Source of the DNA: Terriglobia bacterium
Lineage (GTDB): Bacteria > Acidobacteriota > Terriglobia > 2-12-FULL-54-10
Direction of reading: 5' to 3'
Assembly (NCBI GenBank): GCA_963666975.2
Contig: CAXVYR010000003.1
Span: 1,024,001 to 1,088,000, forward strand
Length of the DNA stretch: 64,000 nucleotides
A program made the position numbers and the translations under genes. Position 1 is the first letter of the stretch. The number at the start of each line of letters is the position of its first letter. The notes under the pieces were generated by a model. The model was not told the DNA's origin, did not search any database, and saw only the letters and a program-made list of their open reading frames with translations. Positions 39,090 through 49,588 of this stretch are shown here, piece by piece.

Positions 39090-40285
39090 TTCTGTACCAA
39101 CACGATATTATCACGCTTGACAACAACGCGCGGCGCAGAAGCGCCTCGCCCCTGGCCCGCCGAAGCGCTCCTCTTGCCCAGCAGTTCTTCCGCCTCATGG
39201 CTTGCGCAGCTTGCCATGCCCCGCGCCAACTCGCGTCCATTCCGGTCAACGATACGGACCACGTCCTTGGCTGCAAAATGACTCTCGATGCGCACGATAC
39301 CCGATGTCAGCAAGCTCGCTTTGCCTTGCGAGATCGCGTGTTGCGCGCCTGCATCCACCACAATCCGCCCTTGCACGCCGGCCGCGAAAGCAATCCAGCG
39401 CCGTTTACCGCGCATGCGCTTCAACGACAAAAAAGCCGTGCCGACTCGCTCGCCGGAAAAAATACGGTCCAAAACGCCTGCGGTGTGGCTGCTTGCGATG
39501 ACGGCTGTGCCCCCGCAATGCATCGCAACCTCCGCAGCCTCCAGCTTCGTTAACATCCCGCCGCGCCCCCTCTCGGAAGGGCCGGTGGCACGGGCTTTCA
39601 GTTCCGGCGTGATTTCATCAATCAGCGGAATGACCTCCGGTCCGGGGATGTCCTGATGTTGATGGGGTCCCGCAGGCCGCTTTCGGATAAAACCGTCCAC
39701 GTTCGTCAAGAGCACAAGACTGTCGGCTCCCAGTCCGCTCATCACCAATGCGGCAAGACGGTCGTTGTCGCTGAAGGCGGCGGTTCGCGGACCGGCGTCG
39801 ACCGCTGCCAGCTCGGCGGTCGAGACCGTGTCGTTCTCATTGACGATGGGAAGCACTCCGAATTGGAGCAGCTTTTCGATGGTGTGCCGGAGATTCGAGT
39901 ACCGGCGCCAATTCGTAAAATCTTCCTCCGTCAGCAGGACCTGAGCGACTTTGATCTCCCAGGCGGAAAACAGCCGCGTGTATGCGTCCATGAGCAAACT
40001 TTGGCCGACAGCGGCACACGCCTGCTTCGTCACCAAGTCGCGCAACCGTGATTGGTGCAGGCCGAGCCGGGCTCTGCCCAATTCCACCGCGCCGGAGGAT
40101 ACGAGAACCACCTGCCTTCCGGTTTTCATCAATCCGGCAATCGAACGCACAATCCGCTCTACGCTCTCCGTACCGAGATCGCCCTCCAACCCGGTTACCG
40201 TGCTGGTCCCGAGTTTGATGACGATTCTCCGCGCGGCCCGCAGACGCTTTTCTCGTTCGGCCTCCAGCTTATTTTCTTCCTGCAC
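39086..40285 (-). CDS. proB: Glutamate 5-kinase with PUA domain
   Basis: VIKLGT, LVSSGAV, AAVGQ, NENDTV, DND, GGMLTK; overlaps the proA start. Confidence 0.96.
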   Translation of the reverse strand: MQEENKLEAEREKRLRAARRIVIKLGTSTVTGLEGDLGTESVERIVRSIAGLMKTGRQVVLVSSGAVELGRARLGLHQSRLRDLVTKQACAAVGQSLLMDAYTRLFSAWEIKVAQVLLTEEDFTNWRRYSNLRHTIEKLLQFGVLPIVNENDTVSTAELAAVDAGPRTAAFSDNDRLAALVMSGLGADSLVLLTNVDGFIRKRPAGPHQHQDIPGPEVIPLIDEITPELKARATGPSERGRGGMLTKLEAAEVAMHCGGTAVIASSHTAGVLDRIFSGERVGTAFLSLKRMRGKRRWIAFAAGVQGRIVVDAGAQHAISQGKASLLTSGIVRIESHFAAKDVVRIVDRNGRELARGMASCASHEAEELLGKRSASAGQGRGASAPRVVVKRDNIVLVQK

Positions 40286-40355
40286 GCATCACCTCGACAG
40301 AACCGCATGGCGCACAGTCGCCACGGATGGCTGTTTGTTCTGGACTGCGCCCCAG

Positions 40356-40886
40356 CTAGCTTACGCCCACCGCTCCGATGTCCGAAGCAAAGAAAACTGC
40401 AACCCACACAAGAAGTATAGCTCTGCATGCTTGTTGCGGTCGCATGTCTTCCAAGGGAGCGCAGCGCGGAACCTTCTGCACAGAAGGCAGCGGATTGGGG
40501 CGATCTTTGCAAATAGGAGGATCCATTTCGCCTACCTGCTTCTGCCCCTTCGGGAAAAAATGGGAGCCATAGCTGTAGATGTGGTTGTGGGTTTCGACCA
40601 GCCCGGGAATCACCGTCCGTCCATCCAGATCGATTCTCCGGGTGCTCGGACCCGCGAACTCCAGGGCTTCTTCATTGCTTCCCACGACAACGAATTTTTC
40701 ATTGTAGACGGCTGCTGCCTGGGCGACGGTGAAGTCGTTCAGATCGGCGGTATCCGCCGTGAGGATTTTACCGTTGATCATCACCATGTCCGCTTCCAGG
40801 CCTGCCGCCAGAGCCCCGCGGCTCGCAAGCAAAGAAAGCACCCCAAGAACCAGCATGCAGAAAAAACCGATTCTCAGCTTCGTCAT
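40356..40886 (-). pseudogene. Amidohydrolase (Amidohydro_3-like) N-terminal fragment
   Basis: Signal peptide, NGKILT, IDLDGRTVIPGLVETHNH, then loses resemblance; far too short for a TIM barrel. Confidence 0.7.
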
Positions 40887-40947
40887 GGTCCATCCTCCTG
40901 ATCTTTCTGATCTTTGCAAAAAAAAGTTGTGATGCGGTTGTAATACC

Positions 40948-41081
40948 CTTGTCATTCCCCATTCCGAGCAACGCGAGGAACTGCTGGTTACCGCAGTGTC
41001 TTGAAAGACAAGCAGATTCCTCAGGCCGGCAAAAACCTCGGCCCCTTCAGCAAGCTCAGGGCATGCCCTCGGAATGACAAG
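40948..41081. repeat. REP-like palindromic element
   Basis: CTTGTCATTCC...CCGAGCAACGCGAGGAA...AGATTCCTC...CTCGGAATGACAAG; related to the element at 48263. Confidence 0.7.
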
Positions 41082-41178
41082 CCGGGCAGGTTTTCCAACA
41101 ATGTCTTACATCGTTGCGTGGCCATGCGAATCGACCGGCTGAAGCTGGCGTCTTAATGGGTAAAGAAGAAGCAACCGA

Positions 41179-41766
41179 TCACCGGGATCTCCTCTTCGAG
41201 CCCAAACAGCCTACCTGTCCGTCTCTTTCTTCGGCTATTTCCACAGGCTCCCCTTCCATAGTGGTCGCTTTGGCGTTTTTCAATTCCAGCGCAATCGTGC
41301 CTTCTGCGGCATTCGCGGAGACCCTAAATTTGAGATAAGCCGGAATACCGGGCCAGATCGGCTTCTCGCCGGAGACCGTTACCTCCAGCAGGGAAACCTT
41401 GTCATCGTCAGGGTCCGCCTTCTCCGTAGCCTGGACGTTTGCGTACGACAGTTCGCCCGACAGCCCTAGTTCGACGTCCACAAAGGAAAGCGCATCTTTC
41501 GGGTAACTGACTTCTCCCCCCACCCTGTTGACTTGCGGCTCATCGTCCTTGGTTAAGGTCAGCGGAATGTCGATCGGCTCGCCTGGCTTGGCTGTCGAAA
41601 GCCCCACATTCAGCTTCACTGCCTGTCCAGTCTCCTCTGCCTGCATCGCAGACGCGGTTTGCGCAGGCAGGCCCATACGAACCCGAAGGTCCAGACACAA
41701 ACCGCTACTCGCTGCAAACGCTTTGCTGTGTTGGTCACCTTCCTCCTGATTGGGCGAAGCCCTCAA
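41179..41766 (-). CDS. Cohesin-like beta-sandwich exported protein, probably frameshifted
   Basis: AKPGEPIDIPLTL, VSYPKDALSFV, AYLKFRVS; the RBS and GTG at 41738 open a signal-peptide-like sequence in another frame. Confidence 0.5.
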   Translation of the reverse strand: MRASPNQEEGDQHSKAFAASSGLCLDLRVRMGLPAQTASAMQAEETGQAVKLNVGLSTAKPGEPIDIPLTLTKDDEPQVNRVGGEVSYPKDALSFVDVELGLSGELSYANVQATEKADPDDDKVSLLEVTVSGEKPIWPGIPAYLKFRVSANAAEGTIALELKNAKATTMEGEPVEIAEERDGQVGCLGSKRRSR

Positions 41767-41988
41767 TCACCGCAGTTTACCGCAGAGCGCACCGTCAATC
41801 CAGACTGGACCGCCACTTCTTGCAAACAGTTGGCCAAAATTCCAGCTCAGCGCAGTGATACGGTCCACCGCTTCCTAATGAGTCTCCCTTCGCTGCCGAA
41901 ATCTGGGTAAAATGGTGGCTTCAGAGACAGATCAATGCCATACGGATCAAAGTGTTTTTAGCGCTGCTTTGGGCGAAAGGAGTCCTGT

Positions 41989-42981
41989 ATGAGATCGATA
42001 CCACTTTTTGCGTTGCTCGTTGCCGGTTTGTTGCTGATGGCTGCGTGCCAGACAGCCTCATCGCCGGGAACCGGAACAACAACCGCTTCGGCGCCGGCGT
42101 TTGACGCTCCAGTATTCGGCGATTCGTTCTGGGACCACTGGGGCGACGGACAGGCGGAACTTTCCGGCTATGACCTGACGTTCGCTCGCTATCGGGAGCA
42201 GCGCCGTGGCACGGCGGTTGCGATCTTCGTGACCGAAACGTTTTCCAACGATCTGCGGGTCAAAGCCGACCCCGGCGTGCACCCGGCCTCGGACGAAGTC
42301 CCCGTGATGAAGCTGAACCTGGTCGAGGACTTCCCCACAGGCATCTACGACTATAACTTGATGACCAGCAGCTTCCTGACCCTGTCGCCCGCTGGCGGCC
42401 TTCCTGCCGGCTCCCCGACGAAGGTCTCCTTCACAAGTCAGGAATGGTGCGGACACGTATACAGCCAGTTATTGTTCCAACCGAACGTCATCCGTCAAAT
42501 AACGCACAGCTATTTCGACAATGAGGCCGACTGGCAAGGCGAAGTAAACTATCCGCCGGACGGTATCGCGGAAGATGCTCTGTGGTTCTGGGCGCGAGGC
42601 ATGGCCGCGCCGCTGCTGGAACCCGGCGGCTCAGCGAAGGTAAACCTGCTGCTGTCGCTCCAAAACTCGCGCATCATCCACGAGGAGCTTGCCTGGAGAA
42701 CCGCGACGCTATCGCGCTCCGATGACACCGAAACCGCGACGGTTCCCGCCGGCAGTTTCACAGTCGAGCGTTGGTCTGCCGCAGTGGAAGACGGTCCCAC
42801 CCGGACCTTCTATGTCGAGGCCGATTCTCCCCACCGGATTATCAAGTGGGAAACAACCGACGGCGAGCTGGCGGAGATGCTGGGAAGCGTTCGCGAACCC
42901 TATTGGAAGATGAACAGCAACGAGCACCTCAGCTCCGTCGAAGGGCTTGGCTTGTCGCCCAGACCGCTACGGACGCCCTGA
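41989..42981 (+). CDS. Hypothetical lipoprotein
   Basis: Lipobox LMAA-C; FWDHWGDGQAELSGY, QEWCGH; AAGGAG RBS. Confidence 0.8.
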   Translation: MRSIPLFALLVAGLLLMAACQTASSPGTGTTTASAPAFDAPVFGDSFWDHWGDGQAELSGYDLTFARYREQRRGTAVAIFVTETFSNDLRVKADPGVHPASDEVPVMKLNLVEDFPTGIYDYNLMTSSFLTLSPAGGLPAGSPTKVSFTSQEWCGHVYSQLLFQPNVIRQITHSYFDNEADWQGEVNYPPDGIAEDALWFWARGMAAPLLEPGGSAKVNLLLSLQNSRIIHEELAWRTATLSRSDDTETATVPAGSFTVERWSAAVEDGPTRTFYVEADSPHRIIKWETTDGELAEMLGSVREPYWKMNSNEHLSSVEGLGLSPRPLRTP

Positions 42982-43124
42982 ACGGTGCGAGTTCCTGACT
43001 GGTCCCGCCATGTTCAGCGTGCCACCTCGCGGCGTGCTCCGGCGGGCGTGTTCCGGCGGATCGACGCAGCAGGCAGGGTCATGAACTTCTATACTTTTAT
43101 GCTTTGGGGAATGCGGGAGTCTCC

Positions 43125-43529
43125 GTGACCACATGGCGAAAATATGTGCTTCTCCAGATTCCAGGCGGGGTCGTCACCGCTGCTCTGCTTGCGGGACTCC
43201 ATCGCTGGATGGGACTTCCCCTTTGGGGGGCAGCTAGTCTGTTTCTGTTATATGTAGCGAAGGATTTTGTCCTCTATCCCTTTCTCCGTCGCGCATACGA
43301 AACGAACAGCACAACGGTGATCGAACAACTTGTCGGCGTCCGTGGCAAAGCAACCGAGTCGCTCGATCCCCAAGGATACGTGGAGGTGCGCGGTGAACTC
43401 TGGCAAGCCAACGTAGCTCCGGGCAACCAGCCGATCCCGCCGGGAACGCGTATCCGTGTCCAAGCTGCACGGGACCTGACGCTGATCGTGACACGCGACG
43501 AAGACAACAGCGAGAACAAACAAGATTAA
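43125..43529 (+). CDS. NfeD-family membrane protein (C-terminal OB domain)
   Basis: TM helices then LVGVRGKA...LDPQGYVEVRGELWQA. Confidence 0.85.
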   Translation: MTTWRKYVLLQIPGGVVTAALLAGLHRWMGLPLWGAASLFLLYVAKDFVLYPFLRRAYETNSTTVIEQLVGVRGKATESLDPQGYVEVRGELWQANVAPGNQPIPPGTRIRVQAARDLTLIVTRDEDNSENKQD

Positions 43530-43596
43530 TGAGGCCAAACAACCGCTCCTGGTTGAGGAACTAGTTAAGGAAATAGTTGAGGAAATGGTTCACTAA

Positions 43597-45198
43597 ATGG
43601 TCCAGGAAAATATCGTTCAGAAAAACGCCGCCGCACATTCCCACGGAGGTCCAGAGGACTTGCTTCACCTGCGATTTATTCGGACGGCCAAGCGGAATTG
43701 GTTTTCCTTCGCCATGGCCGACACGACCGGAAAGAAGCTCACCTTCGGGAAAACTCTCATCGGCAGCATGATTCTGGCGCGCTGGATTCGCGGGCGCTGT
43801 TCCGGGAAAGAAACCATCGTGGGCATCATGCTTCCGGCATCGGTAGGCGGAGCGCTGGCCAATATTGCGGTTCTGCTGGCAGGCAAAACCCCGGTGAACC
43901 TCAACTTCACCGCCGGCAAAGAAGCCACACAGTCGGCCATCGAACAATGCAGCATACGAACCATCCTGACTTCGCGAACGTTTTTGACCAAGGCAAAGCT
44001 CGAGCAGATAGACGGAATGGTCATGCTGGAGGACCTGCTGGGCCGGATCACGCCGTTGGAAAAAATCCGGACTGCCGTCGCAGCCTTCCTGCTTCCCACA
44101 TGGCTGCTGCAGAGACTCTACAACAGCGGACAGGTCGCTACCGAGGCTCTTGCGACCGTGGCCTTCTCCAGCGGAAGCACCGGAATGCCGAAGGGCATCA
44201 TGCTCACACATTACAACATCATCTCCAACGTCGAAGCCATGCATCAGCTCTTTCCTCTCAACTCGCAGGATTGCATAGCGGGCGTGCTGCCCCTTTTTCA
44301 CTCTTTCGGATTTGGCTGTACCCTGTGGTTTCCCTTGCTCACCGGCGCCGGCGTCGCCTATCACCCGAATCCGCTCGACGCGAAGGCTGTGGGAGCATTG
44401 GTATTCGAGCACAAAGCAACTTTTATGGTGGGCACCGCCACCTTCTGCAACGCCTACACGCGCAAGTGCTCTGCGGAAGAGTTCGCCTCGCTCCGCCATG
44501 TCATCGTAGGAGCCGAGAAGCTGCAGGAGCCGGTTGCGCGGGCCTTCCGGGAAAAGTTCGGACTGGATTTGCTGGAGGGTTACGGATGCACGGAGATGGC
44601 GCCGGTGGTCTCGGTGAATGTCCCCGGGGGCGGCGTGAAGCGGGGAACCATCGGACGTCCTCTTCCCGGGGTCTCCGCGAAGGTGGTCGATCTGGACACC
44701 GGGAAGCCTCTCCCCTGCAATCAGGAAGGGCTTCTGCTCGTTAGCGGACCCAACCGCATGGCAGGATATTGGGGGCAGCCGGAAAAAACCGCCGAGGTAT
44801 TCCGCGACGGCTGGTACGTCACCGGCGACATCGCGGCGATTGATGAGGAGGGCTTCATCCGCATCACGGACCGCCTCTCGCGATTCGGCAAGATCGGCGG
44901 CGAGATGGTTCCGTACATCAAAGTGGAAGAAGCAATCAACCGGATTCTCGGAGATGCCTGTTGCGCGGTCACCGGCATTCCGGACCCGCAGAAGGGGGAG
45001 CGTCTGGTCGTTCTCTATACTCGATCCGATATCCCGCCTGAAAAACTGCGGGAGCAGCTTCTGCATACTGACCTGCCGAGGCTCTGGATTCCCAAGCGAG
45101 AGAACTTCTACTGTGTCGAGGCTCTCCCGGCGCTCGGCACCGGAAAAACCGACTTAAGGCAGGTCAAGGTCCTGGCAGAACAACTGGCGCAAGCATAA
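43597..45198 (+). CDS. AMP-dependent acyl-ACP/CoA synthetase (Aas C-terminal domain-like)
   Basis: FSSGSTGMPKG, LEGYGCTE, GWYVTGD, DRLSRFGKIGGEMV, GTGK. Confidence 0.9.
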   Translation: MVQENIVQKNAAAHSHGGPEDLLHLRFIRTAKRNWFSFAMADTTGKKLTFGKTLIGSMILARWIRGRCSGKETIVGIMLPASVGGALANIAVLLAGKTPVNLNFTAGKEATQSAIEQCSIRTILTSRTFLTKAKLEQIDGMVMLEDLLGRITPLEKIRTAVAAFLLPTWLLQRLYNSGQVATEALATVAFSSGSTGMPKGIMLTHYNIISNVEAMHQLFPLNSQDCIAGVLPLFHSFGFGCTLWFPLLTGAGVAYHPNPLDAKAVGALVFEHKATFMVGTATFCNAYTRKCSAEEFASLRHVIVGAEKLQEPVARAFREKFGLDLLEGYGCTEMAPVVSVNVPGGGVKRGTIGRPLPGVSAKVVDLDTGKPLPCNQEGLLLVSGPNRMAGYWGQPEKTAEVFRDGWYVTGDIAAIDEEGFIRITDRLSRFGKIGGEMVPYIKVEEAINRILGDACCAVTGIPDPQKGERLVVLYTRSDIPPEKLREQLLHTDLPRLWIPKRENFYCVEALPALGTGKTDLRQVKVLAEQLAQA

Positions 45199-45263
45199 GG
45201 TTTCCGGTGGATGGCGCTGACGCGCTTCGGGACAGTAACATTGCCCCGTGCAATCCACCCGTA

Positions 45264-46829
45264 TCACCGGACGGCTGCGCTGAAGTTGCTGGTGTATTCC
45301 GGATCGATGCGACCCATCCGCTCGACCAGAGCCTCCACCAGTTTCTCCCGCCCGGCGCGGCGGGCAACATCGGCCAACTGTTCCAGGCGAAAGAGCCCCG
45401 TGACCCACCCGTCAAAAGACGTGCTCCTGGCAAAACCGTCCGCCAGCCGGATCAGCACCTTTTCTCCCTCCTCCGGGTTGTCACCGAACAGCGTTAACTG
45501 GGCTTCCAGCGGCTTGAGAAGCCGCCCCTCATAGCGCGCCGCCAATCTCCCGTAGATGACGTTGTCGGTGACCTTCTGAAATTCTTCGAAAACCACATTC
45601 GCCCGTTGCTGGGCCTGTCTCGCCTCCTCAATCCGATCCAGCGCAATCAGGGCCTCAGCGCCGCGCGCCGCCCCGATCAGGCGTGCTAATGCCAGCGGGC
45701 GCTTTTCCGCCTCGCGGGCGGCGGCCAGCGCCTCCTCGAAGCGCCCGCGCAGCAGCAGGTACTCCAGCCACGGCTCCGTGAACCGGCCGTCCCGCAGGCT
45801 GCGAACCTCCAAATGAAACGCCTCCCGGAACAGCCGTTCGGCATCCATCTCGTTTCCCAGGCGCAGGTGGACGGTGCCCATCAGATGGATGTTGTGGCCG
45901 TGATGCCACTCCTCCACCGGATCGATTCCCGCCGAAAAATACTCCCGATGCAAGCGGTCAGCCTTGCCAAGCTGTTCCAGCGCTTCCTTCCACCGGCCCA
46001 GCCGGGGCAGCACGTGAGCGTACATATGCTGCGCGTGCGGCACGCCCGGAACCGCCGCGGCGTACTGCGCGCCATGCTCGGCCGCCTTGTCATAATGCCC
46101 CAGTCCCTCGTAGGAGTGGACCATGTAGTGGTGCGCGGCGAAATGGCCGGGGTCGCGCTTCAGGGCGGCGTCATAGTAGGCGATAGAGCCAATTCGTCCT
46201 CCCTGGCCACGCCCCGATGCCCTGGACTCTTCGGCATTCCCGCGCATCACCCAGGCATGGGCGTCATCCGGGTCGAGCGCAATCAGCTCCTCGATGGCCT
46301 GCTTGTATTCCTGATGCTTGCGAGTGCGCTCCTCCTCGGAGGCAAAGACGGCTTCCATTTGCTGCTCCCCGAGAGCAATCCACTTTGCTTCCTTGGGAGT
46401 AAGGTCCCCTTTAGCGGCAAGCTCCGCCGCCTTTTTCAGGTGGAAGAACGCCTCGGCAAATACCGTCGCCCCAACGTAGGCTTTGCTCAGTCCCAGATGA
46501 GCCATGGCCAGCTCCGGATCGCGGCGCAACGCCTCGTGGAACGAGCGTGCCGCATCCACCCAGACATAGGAATGCAGGTAGGCGATCCCCTGGTCGTAAT
46601 AGGCCTGAGCCTCTGCGGAGCGGGTGCCAACTTTCTGGTGAAGCCGCCCAGCCTCAGGAGTAAGTACCAGGGGGCTCTCCATCACTTCAAGCGACGATGT
46701 CCGAGGGATCGCCAGGACCGCTTGTTCGCGAGTGTTCTCCTGTGCGCGCGCAACGCTCGGCTGCCCTACAAACATGGCAACAAGCACCAAGAAAAGTTCG
46801 GTGACCCGCCATAGTTTTCCTTTTCGCAT
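45264..46829 (-). CDS. Exported TPR-repeat protein
   Basis: Signal peptide; AQAYYDQG, AHHYMVH, HAQHMYAH; helical repeats. Confidence 0.8.
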   Translation of the reverse strand: MRKGKLWRVTELFLVLVAMFVGQPSVARAQENTREQAVLAIPRTSSLEVMESPLVLTPEAGRLHQKVGTRSAEAQAYYDQGIAYLHSYVWVDAARSFHEALRRDPELAMAHLGLSKAYVGATVFAEAFFHLKKAAELAAKGDLTPKEAKWIALGEQQMEAVFASEEERTRKHQEYKQAIEELIALDPDDAHAWVMRGNAEESRASGRGQGGRIGSIAYYDAALKRDPGHFAAHHYMVHSYEGLGHYDKAAEHGAQYAAAVPGVPHAQHMYAHVLPRLGRWKEALEQLGKADRLHREYFSAGIDPVEEWHHGHNIHLMGTVHLRLGNEMDAERLFREAFHLEVRSLRDGRFTEPWLEYLLLRGRFEEALAAAREAEKRPLALARLIGAARGAEALIALDRIEEARQAQQRANVVFEEFQKVTDNVIYGRLAARYEGRLLKPLEAQLTLFGDNPEEGEKVLIRLADGFARSTSFDGWVTGLFRLEQLADVARRAGREKLVEALVERMGRIDPEYTSNFSAAVR

Positions 46830-47054
46830 TGCGTTCTCCTTCTGTCCGCCTAAGAAGCAGCTTGAATTGTCTGAATTCTGACTTCGCTTGAAATCATACG
46901 GCAGCCGGTCTCTTGATTCCAGCGAAAACCTCCCGGCAATTCACGCGGCACACACCGTGATAGTCCCGGTGATAGCTAGAATGGCTGCATTCTACCGGAG
47001 GGAGTACAATCGGCCTGGCAAGCCTTTCGGGCTGGCTCCAAAGGAGGAATAACG

Positions 47055-47327
47055 ATGAAACTATCCGTCAAAGCCTTCGCGATTACCGCTGCGCTGGTAT
47101 GGGGAGGCGCGATACTCCTCACGGGCATCTTCTATTTGATTGTGCCCCCTTACGGCGAGCACTTTCTGCTAACTATGAGTTCCGTCTATCCCGGCTTTCA
47201 TGTTTCGGGCAGCTTTCTGGACGTGCTGGCAGGGACCGGTTACGGCCTGATTGACGGCGGAGTCTGCGGCTGTATATTTGCCTGGCTTTACAATCTCTGC
47301 GCCGGGCGGATGGGACAGGCAGCTTAA
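47055..47327 (+). CDS. Small membrane protein
   Basis: 90 aa, MKLSVKAF...SVYPGF...YGLIDG...AWLYN; AAGGAGG RBS. Confidence 0.75.
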   Translation: MKLSVKAFAITAALVWGGAILLTGIFYLIVPPYGEHFLLTMSSVYPGFHVSGSFLDVLAGTGYGLIDGGVCGCIFAWLYNLCAGRMGQAA

Positions 47328-47344
47328 AGCAACCACTGTCTGCC

Positions 47345-48166
47345 TTAAGTGGCAGCGGAGGGCGCTAATTCCCCGCGCAGAACTGTGACTGCCTTGCCCC
47401 GAAGGACTACGCGGTCTCCGTTCATGCGCACGCGTACGACGCCACCTCGCGCCGATGCCTGATAACCGGCAACCTCCGTCTTGCCTAAGCGCCTGCCCCA
47501 AAAAGGACCCAAGCAGCAGTGCGCGGACCCGGTGACCGGGTCTTCGTCGATTCCCGCCCCCGGCGCAAAAAACCTGGAGACGAAATCATAGTCTTTCGAC
47601 GAGCTGGCGCTGGTGACCATTACCCCTCGGATAGGAAGCGTTGCCAGCTTGCCCATGTCCGGCTTCAGCCGCCGGATAGTTTCCTCGGATTCGACCTCGA
47701 CCAAATAATCAAAGCGGGTTTTGCTGACGTATTTCGGCGTCACCCCCAACGATTCGGTGAGACCTGCCGGGGCATCCGTCTGCTCCTCCGGTTCGAGCGG
47801 GAAATCCAGTTCGATCCAACCATCTTTGCGGGCAGCCAGGAGAAACCCGCTGCGGGTATGAAATCGCGCCTGCTCGTCCGGCTTCAGGTAGCCCTTCTCC
47901 CACAAGACATGCGCACTCGCCAGCGTGGCATGTCCGCAGAGATCAACCTCAACCGCTGGCGTGAACCAGCGCAGGTCAAAACCATCCGCCTGCTTCAATA
48001 AAAAAGCAGTCTCAGACAAATTCATCTCCCAGGCCACGTTTTGCATCCATTTTTCATTCCAGATCTCATCCCGAGCTTCGGGCAGGACGCAAACCGCCGC
48101 CGGATTACCGGCGAATGGCCGGTCCGTGAATGCATCCACCTGAAAGATTTCCAGGCCCATACACAT
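47345..48166 (-). CDS. PhzF-family isomerase/epimerase
   Basis: QVDAFT..PFAGNPAAV, NLSETAF, EVDLCGHATLA, EDPVTGSAH. Confidence 0.93.
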   Translation of the reverse strand: MCMGLEIFQVDAFTDRPFAGNPAAVCVLPEARDEIWNEKWMQNVAWEMNLSETAFLLKQADGFDLRWFTPAVEVDLCGHATLASAHVLWEKGYLKPDEQARFHTRSGFLLAARKDGWIELDFPLEPEEQTDAPAGLTESLGVTPKYVSKTRFDYLVEVESEETIRRLKPDMGKLATLPIRGVMVTSASSSKDYDFVSRFFAPGAGIDEDPVTGSAHCCLGPFWGRRLGKTEVAGYQASARGGVVRVRMNGDRVVLRGKAVTVLRGELAPSAAT

Positions 48167-48227
48167 GCCCCTTATATTAAAGTTCTGGTTGAGAGATTAT
48201 GTTCTTTGCGCAGAAATTAAAGACGAT

Positions 48228-48393
48228 TAGAGCGTTTTTACTACTGCTGTATCCTCCCTAGCTGTCATCCCGAGCGCAGCGAGGGATATGCTCTTCTCTC
48301 ATGGGAACGCCCCCCCTTGGAGGAAAAGCGGATCCCTCGGGATTACATCCTCAGGGGCGCGGTGCAGGATACAGGGACAGGAAAACCGCTCTA
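48228..48393. repeat. MITE-like nested palindrome enclosing a REP-like core
   Basis: Ends TAGAGCGTTTTT / AAAACCGCTCTA, inner CTGTATCCT / AGGATACAG, core TGTCATCCCGAGCGCAGCGAGGGAT...ATCCCTCG. Confidence 0.65.
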
Positions 48394-48415
48394 GCTGGCG
48401 CTTAACTTTGCGGAT

Positions 48416-49588
48416 TTAGCGCGAGGAGGCGCTTCCAGCCGAAGCTGCCAACTCCAGGTAGCGGGCCTGCACGGCGCTGACGCCATCACCCAGCTTGCAG
48501 GAATGTCCCAGGCTCTTTAGAACCATCTCCAGCGCGGCGATGACTCCCACCATGTCGGTAAAATCATAGTAGCCGAGGTGAGCGATGCGGAAGATTTTCC
48601 CCTTCATAGTTCCCTGCCCGTTGGCGACCACTGCTCCAAAGCCGTCCCTCATCCGCTTTTCAATATCGGAAGAACTGATGCCGTCTGGAGCCGCAACGGC
48701 GGTCAGAGCGTCGGCGGGGACTTCGGCAAAAAGTTTCAAGCCAAGCGCCTGGACCCCGTGGCGGGTGCAATCGGCCAGCACCTGGGCATTGCGGATGAGG
48801 TTCTCGCGCCCTAAACCGCGGACGTGATCCAGAGCCGCCGCCAAGCCCACCAGGAGCGATGTAGCCGGCGTATAGGCCGTGTCGTGCTTCTTTGCCGATT
48901 CCCGCTCCTTGAGCAAATCAAAGTAGTAGCGCGGGAGCTTGGCCGTCTTCATGCGCTCCCAGGCGCGTTCGCTGACACTTGCGAATGAGAGGCCAGGCGG
49001 AATCATCAGCGCCTTCTGGGAACCGCCGATCACCACATCCAGCCCCCAGCCGTCAATGTCCAAATTGCTGGTGCCCAGGCCGGTGATGGCATCCACCAGC
49101 AGCAGGACATCGGGACGAAGATTCCGAAGCCGCGCGATGCCCTCCGTGTCGTTACGGACGCCGGTCGAGGACTCGGTCGCCTGGAAAAAAACGCCCTGGG
49201 CGTCGGGACATTGTTCAAGCGCCTCCTGCACCGCGCTGACCGGAATCGTCCGGCCATAGGGATATCCCACCTTCTCCACTTGGAGACCGAAGGCCTGGGC
49301 CAATTGCTCCCAACGCTCGCCGAACTTCCCGGCCGTAGCCACAATCACACGGTCGCCGGGTGAAAACAGGTTGCTGACGGCTGCCTCCATCGCTCCCGTT
49401 CCGGAAGAGGTAAAGAAAATGACGTCGTTGGCTGTGCCGAAGAAATATTTCAGATTTTCGCGCACGCCGTCGAGAACCTTGCGAAACTCGGCGGTGCGGT
49501 GGTGCAAAGCCGGAGCCGCCAGTGCCGCCTGCGCTTCGGGCAGTAAAGGAGTCGGGCCGGGAGTGAAGAGACGTGGTTTTCGGATCAT
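48416..49588 (-). CDS. Class V aminotransferase (alanine-glyoxylate/serine-pyruvate type)
   Basis: LFTPGPT, SSGTGAMEAA, VDAIT, GSQKALMIPPG, FRIAHLG. Confidence 0.92.
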   Translation of the reverse strand: MIRKPRLFTPGPTPLLPEAQAALAAPALHHRTAEFRKVLDGVRENLKYFFGTANDVIFFTSSGTGAMEAAVSNLFSPGDRVIVATAGKFGERWEQLAQAFGLQVEKVGYPYGRTIPVSAVQEALEQCPDAQGVFFQATESSTGVRNDTEGIARLRNLRPDVLLLVDAITGLGTSNLDIDGWGLDVVIGGSQKALMIPPGLSFASVSERAWERMKTAKLPRYYFDLLKERESAKKHDTAYTPATSLLVGLAAALDHVRGLGRENLIRNAQVLADCTRHGVQALGLKLFAEVPADALTAVAAPDGISSSDIEKRMRDGFGAVVANGQGTMKGKIFRIAHLGYYDFTDMVGVIAALEMVLKSLGHSCKLGDGVSAVQARYLELAASAGSASSR

